DNA of 11,108 nucleotides from a virus. The stretch lies in the UHGV virus genome UHGV-0246901. One strand, 5' to 3'. This document shows, one piece after another, positions 5,990-11,108 of this stretch (its first letter is position 1; every line of letters starts with the position of its first letter). A model generated the notes under the pieces. The model was not told where the DNA came from. It saw only the letters and a program-made list of their open reading frames with translations, and did not search any database. Made by a program: the position numbers and the translations under genes.

Positions 5990-8380
5990 TTAAGCAGTTC
6001 TTACCCAAGCCATTAACTTGTAGAACTGGTTAGTAACACTAAATGCTGAACCAGAACCTGTACCACCAGTGTTACCACTAACTGTATGAGTGTGAGCACC
6101 GATACCTACAGAGTGGGTGTGAGCACCAGTGTTACTTGTAGTACCAGACCATGTGTGTGTATGGTTACCAGTTGTGTTAGTGTTAGGGAATTTGTTATCA
6201 GTTCTGTCAAGCCAGTCAAGAGTTCTTGTCTTATTGTTACCAATAGTGGTATATCCGTACTGAGCATCACCACCATTAACCAATAGCAGACCTAAGTGGT
6301 GAGCGTGGTTACCAGCAGCACTTGTTGTACCACTTACAGAGTGAGTATGACCACCAGTGCTATTAGTGTTCTTCGTACCATAATCAAAAGATGAAGTGGT
6401 AGCAGAGAAACTATGGGTGTGTGAAGGCAGATTACCAACAGCTAACGTCACAGAGTCTGAACCACCTGTTGTAGCAACATCTGAACCGTTTGCTGCTGCA
6501 ATCCTGATAGTTCTACCAACACCATTGTTCAGGTACGTCCAAGTTAACCCAGGAAGTGCTGTATTAGGGTCAACGTTGCTGTTAAACCACGTTACAATAC
6601 CTACTGGATAGATTTTATTAAGGTCTGTAGAGTCACTTACTGCCTGTGCAATCTTCTGGTCAGTTTCAGCTTTAGTGTATGCACCAATATCTGAAGGGGT
6701 TGGTTTAAAGGCAGTTGTATAAATCTGTGCTTCTCCGGCATAGTCACCATTTTTGTCATAGGCATAGGTAAATGTTGCCAGTCCATTTGAGCCATACACA
6801 AAAGAGATTCCTCTTGCATGTGCAGCAGTCTTATTAGAGTGAGCAACATGAATTGCCAATTCTTTCAGTCCACTAGTAACCGCATTGTTTCTGACAAAAC
6901 CTGAATATCCAAGATTAAAACCTGAAGGGTTTTCAAGGTTATCTACAGAGACAGTCATTAAGGATTGGTTTAATAACTGAGTTTTAACAAAATATCTAGC
7001 ATCTAAGTTAGACCAATCAGAAGGTTGAACTTGACCAGTAATGGTTAGATTCTTATTAGCCTTAATCGCTGAAGGCATAAGGGTAATTTGAGTCCCAGAG
7101 TAGCTGTTGTTTAAGGCTACATCAGTAGAATTTGTGCCACCTACACCTACCCACCACCTAGATACATTCGCAGTATCAACACCACGGATATATTGTGGCT
7201 GCCCCTGTGTCAAGTTCCTCAATACTAGACCTTCATTGTTAGATACAATAGTCTGCACATTTGTAAAAGTGTTAGCCACATTAACCTTAGCAAGATTACT
7301 CAAAGTAGCTGCTGGAATATATCTAGAGTCGATATTAGCCCAATCAGAAGGTTGGACTTGACCAGTGATTCTAAAATTATTGTTTACTGCGACATGCCCA
7401 TTGTCAAGTCTAAGATAAGAACCATACACATAGTTGCTGATGAATACAGCAGGTGTATTATCACCATTTCCTACATACCACTTACCAGAACCATCATTAG
7501 CTTCGGCTTTAACGTATAGTGCAGCATTTGCTACAGTATTTTTCAACCTTAAAGCAGCACTATCACTGATAATAAGTAGGTTTCTGCTAAACGTGTTAGT
7601 GCCAGTGAAATTGTTATTGGCAGCTAACTGTGCAAATCTCTGATTAGCTGCTGTCTGAGTAAAGTATCTAGCATCTAAGTTAGAGAAGTCAGAAGGTTGC
7701 ACTTGACCATTGATTGATAAAGACCTATTAAAAGAAGCAGCCGTGCCTAGAGTGAGGATGGAACCTAGTTTACTCTCGATTTGAACATCAAGACTACCCC
7801 TAATCAGGTTCCCAATAGCCCAAGTTTTTTCATTGCTTGCATCCCTACCTACAATAGCAGAGTATGCACTATCCCCACTCACAGGAGATTTTAGTGTTAA
7901 CTGTTCCCCATTTGCTACAATGGTCTGTTTAGAGTTAAATGTGTTTGTAACAGCAAGCCTTGCGTATCTTGCATCATTCTCTTCATTAGTTCTCATCCCA
8001 AGTTCATTAGGACTTGGCTTATTCAGAGTATGATAAACAGTTGCCGACCTTGAAGCGTCTGCAATAGTTAGTTTAAGGCCGTTTGCGTTGATTTTAAAAG
8101 TCTTTAAAACATCCCCAATAGTAATCTCAGAAGAGCCTGTAGGGTCAAAGACTGCCTTGCCACCGTAAAGTAACTTAACAATTCCTAAGTCACCCTTCAT
8201 AGTGCTACCAACAATCTGAACAAATCTTTCAAGTTTAAAAGATGCTAAGAAGTCTTGATAGGTCATTCGACGGTCTTCATCACCCAGCATTTCAGGTCTC
8301 TTTTTAACTCTGACATGAAGAAGGTCATCTGAATGGATTGTATCGATTGAGTTTAATTCACTCAACTTGTAATCTGCCAT
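5990..8380 (-). CDS. tail fibre protein (796 aa) with collar-like domain and His-X-His repeats
   Basis: Three internal repeats each ending GQVQPSD(W/F)xN(L/I)DxRY; C-terminal segment resembling the phage tail-collar domain (LPGLTW...GNLPSHTHSF); 6-7 HxH motifs (HTHS, HAHH, HTHT...); C-terminus ...MAWVRTA shared with the 395-aa paralogue. Confidence 0.85.
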   Translation of the reverse strand: MADYKLSELNSIDTIHSDDLLHVRVKKRPEMLGDEDRRMTYQDFLASFKLERFVQIVGSTMKGDLGIVKLLYGGKAVFDPTGSSEITIGDVLKTFKINANGLKLTIADASRSATVYHTLNKPSPNELGMRTNEENDARYARLAVTNTFNSKQTIVANGEQLTLKSPVSGDSAYSAIVGRDASNEKTWAIGNLIRGSLDVQIESKLGSILTLGTAASFNRSLSINGQVQPSDFSNLDARYFTQTAANQRFAQLAANNNFTGTNTFSRNLLIISDSAALRLKNTVANAALYVKAEANDGSGKWYVGNGDNTPAVFISNYVYGSYLRLDNGHVAVNNNFRITGQVQPSDWANIDSRYIPAATLSNLAKVNVANTFTNVQTIVSNNEGLVLRNLTQGQPQYIRGVDTANVSRWWVGVGGTNSTDVALNNSYSGTQITLMPSAIKANKNLTITGQVQPSDWSNLDARYFVKTQLLNQSLMTVSVDNLENPSGFNLGYSGFVRNNAVTSGLKELAIHVAHSNKTAAHARGISFVYGSNGLATFTYAYDKNGDYAGEAQIYTTAFKPTPSDIGAYTKAETDQKIAQAVSDSTDLNKIYPVGIVTWFNSNVDPNTALPGLTWTYLNNGVGRTIRIAAANGSDVATTGGSDSVTLAVGNLPSHTHSFSATTSSFDYGTKNTNSTGGHTHSVSGTTSAAGNHAHHLGLLLVNGGDAQYGYTTIGNNKTRTLDWLDRTDNKFPNTNTTGNHTHTWSGTTSNTGAHTHSVGIGAHTHTVSGNTGGTGSGSAFSVTNQFYKLMAWVRTA
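6990..7716 (-). repeat. three dispersed ~50-bp direct repeats inside the 796-aa tail-fibre gene (about 6990-7045, 7314-7370, 7661-7716)
   Basis: Core CCAATCAGAAGGTTGAACTTGACCAGT (plus strand) recurs at ~335-bp spacing; first and third copies also share ATCTAGCATCTAAGTTAGA. They encode the GQVQPSDW..RY ends of three tandem protein repeats. Confidence 0.7.
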
Positions 8381-8399
8381 TATAAATTTTCCTCTTAAA

Positions 8400-8417
8400 A
8401 GGGGCTATAAAGCCCCT
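8400..8417 (-). terminator. intercistronic stem-loop between the two tail-fibre genes (possible attenuator or RNA-stability hairpin)
   Basis: On the minus strand AGGGGC-TTTATA-GCCCCT followed by TTTTAAGAGGAAAATTTATA-ATG; only a short T-run, so at most a partial terminator; the SD for the 796-aa gene lies just downstream. Confidence 0.4.
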
Positions 8418-8426
8418 GTAAAGAAA

Positions 8427-9614
8427 TTAAGCTGTTCTCTGCCATACATACAGGACGAAGGATGGCTGCTCAATGTTGAAAGCTTGTCCACCACCAACAC
8501 TATTAGTGTTCCCGCTATGCGTATGCTCAGAAGAAGAAACTGTTACAGTGCCATTGTGTGTATGTGAACCAATACCAACTGTGTGGCTGTGAGCACCAAT
8601 ACCAACCGTATGGTTGTGGTTACCAGTTGTATTAGTGGTAACACTGAAAGAGTGGGTGTGTGCACCAGCTACTTCACAGACAGCATCTGCTGAGTACCAT
8701 GATTGGTCATTCCTTGTAGACCAAACCATTGCAGGTCTTTCCGATAAACCACCACCTGCTTCATAGGTCAATCTGTGGTTGTGAGCACCAGCAGAACTTG
8801 TTGACCCACTACCAACATGGTTATGGTTACCAGTCGTGTTAGTGGTCTTAGTTCCATAGTCAAAAGAGTTAGTAGTCTTAGTTCCATAATCAAAAGCTGA
8901 AATTGACACCGTTGCATTATGAGTATGACCACCACCACTAAGAGACACAGAGTGAGAGTGTTGAGGCATGTTATTAACTGACAAAGTGACAGTTGAAGCA
9001 CCAAATACAGAACCTGCTGGTCTTGTGTCAGAGTCATAACCAACCAATGCTCTACCCTTTGAAACTAACTCCCAAGTACCTCCACAAATTAAATATGTAG
9101 AGGGGTTTGCAGAGTTCATGGAAAGATGGATAGTACCTACTGGATAGGAAGCCTGAACAGCCTTGTACAAGTTATTTACTGCTCTTGCTGTAGCGTACTT
9201 ATCTGCATCCTCATTATAAAGGTTAGATGTTGTCCAGTTCTGAACATTACTCAATCCTACCTGTGCCTTAGTTGTATTGTGTGGGTTGCTCTTGTCCTGA
9301 ATATGCTGTTGAACAAGGTTATTAACCTCTTCTGAAGACATAATCTGTAGATTTGCTCTTGCCTCAGCTACATTAACAACATCTGATAAGTTATTTGCAG
9401 CAACTAACTGAAGAGCATTAATAACATTATCTAAACCAATTTGTGTTTTAGTAACACCATGAGGGTTATTTCTTAGGCTTGAGTGTGGAGCAAGTAATTG
9501 CTCAAGAGTACATCTCTTATCCTCAATACCTTGCTTAAGATGGAAGATATCACTAAGGTCAATTGGTAAGGCTGCTTGAGGCAAGGCACTAATTTGAATT
9601 TCACCTACCGCCAT
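8427..9614 (-). CDS. tail fibre protein (395 aa), paralogue of the 796-aa protein
   Basis: N-terminal repeats NPHGVTKTQIGLDNV / NPHNTTKAQVGLSNV (phage tail-fibre repeat-like); collar-like segment ICGGTWELVSKGRALVG...NNMPQHSHSVS; nine HxH motifs; C-terminus ...VWQRTA; SD AGGAG ~8 nt upstream. Confidence 0.85.
   Translation of the reverse strand: MAVGEIQISALPQAALPIDLSDIFHLKQGIEDKRCTLEQLLAPHSSLRNNPHGVTKTQIGLDNVINALQLVAANNLSDVVNVAEARANLQIMSSEEVNNLVQQHIQDKSNPHNTTKAQVGLSNVQNWTTSNLYNEDADKYATARAVNNLYKAVQASYPVGTIHLSMNSANPSTYLICGGTWELVSKGRALVGYDSDTRPAGSVFGASTVTLSVNNMPQHSHSVSLSGGGHTHNATVSISAFDYGTKTTNSFDYGTKTTNTTGNHNHVGSGSTSSAGAHNHRLTYEAGGGLSERPAMVWSTRNDQSWYSADAVCEVAGAHTHSFSVTTNTTGNHNHTVGIGAHSHTVGIGSHTHNGTVTVSSSEHTHSGNTNSVGGGQAFNIEQPSFVLYVWQRTA
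8841..8900 (-). repeat. in-frame 30-bp tandem duplication within the 395-aa tail-fibre gene
   Basis: 8841-8870 and 8871-8900 match at 26 of 30 positions and encode a tandem SFDYGTKTTN repeat; the 796-aa paralogue has a single FDYGTKNTN. Confidence 0.8.
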
Positions 9615-9616
9615 TA

Positions 9617-11108
<1,492 letters not shown>

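Noticed and set aside
8381-8426. T4-type late promoter (TATAAATA) upstream of the structural genes
   Set aside because: I could not find the TATAAATA octamer on the minus strand in the relevant intergenic regions; the nearest match (TTTATAAT before the 796-aa start) is not the consensus. Late promoters may lie outside the window or use a different motif.
6086-9335. Multiple short plus-strand ORFs (66-84 aa) and one minus-strand alternate-frame ORF (8768-9043) inside the tail-fibre genes
   Set aside because: All are embedded in long, motif-supported tail-fibre reading frames; typical out-of-frame artefacts of repeat-rich sequence.
5990-9614. Diversity-generating retroelement acting on the tail-fibre tips
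   Set aside because: No reverse transcriptase gene and no template-repeat copy of the variable region in the window; the observed variation is explained by simple tandem duplication.

Overview
This 11.1 kb window reads as a segment of a virulent tailed-phage genome: AT-rich by eye, compact, with translationally coupled genes. Gene content (frd-td pair, His-X-His tail fibres) resembles T4-like or other large lytic myoviruses, but I cannot assign the phage from sequence alone. Layout, left to right: (i) a sigma70-type promoter and a ~230-nt structured leader (29-283) driving a two-gene module of unknown function (299-1329) that ends in an intrinsic terminator; (ii) a ~460-bp gene-free region (1338-1823) built almost entirely from reshuffled copies of the repeat cassettes seen in the first leader; (iii) an eight-gene plus-strand operon (1824-5307) of small accessory genes (secreted protein, XRE-type HTH protein, zinc-ribbon protein, unknowns) ending in dihydrofolate reductase and thymidylate synthase; (iv) a bidirectional terminator (5305-5350); (v) a convergent minus-strand module (5344-11108) with structural genes, including two paralogous His-X-His-rich tail-fibre proteins, followed by two small membrane-protein genes with their own sigma70-like promoter. 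The most unusual content is non-coding: four stem-loops with a conserved 16-nt loop and covarying stems, each preceded by a 40-60 bp tract of strict 5-nt periodicity (NNGGT)n, interleaved with two copies of a 10-bp perfect inverted repeat and two copies of a GGTCTTT tandem motif. No rRNA, tRNA, CRISPR array, integrase or transposase was identified. All motif coordinates were counted by hand and may be off by a base or two; all protein calls rest on motifs recognised by eye, not on searches.
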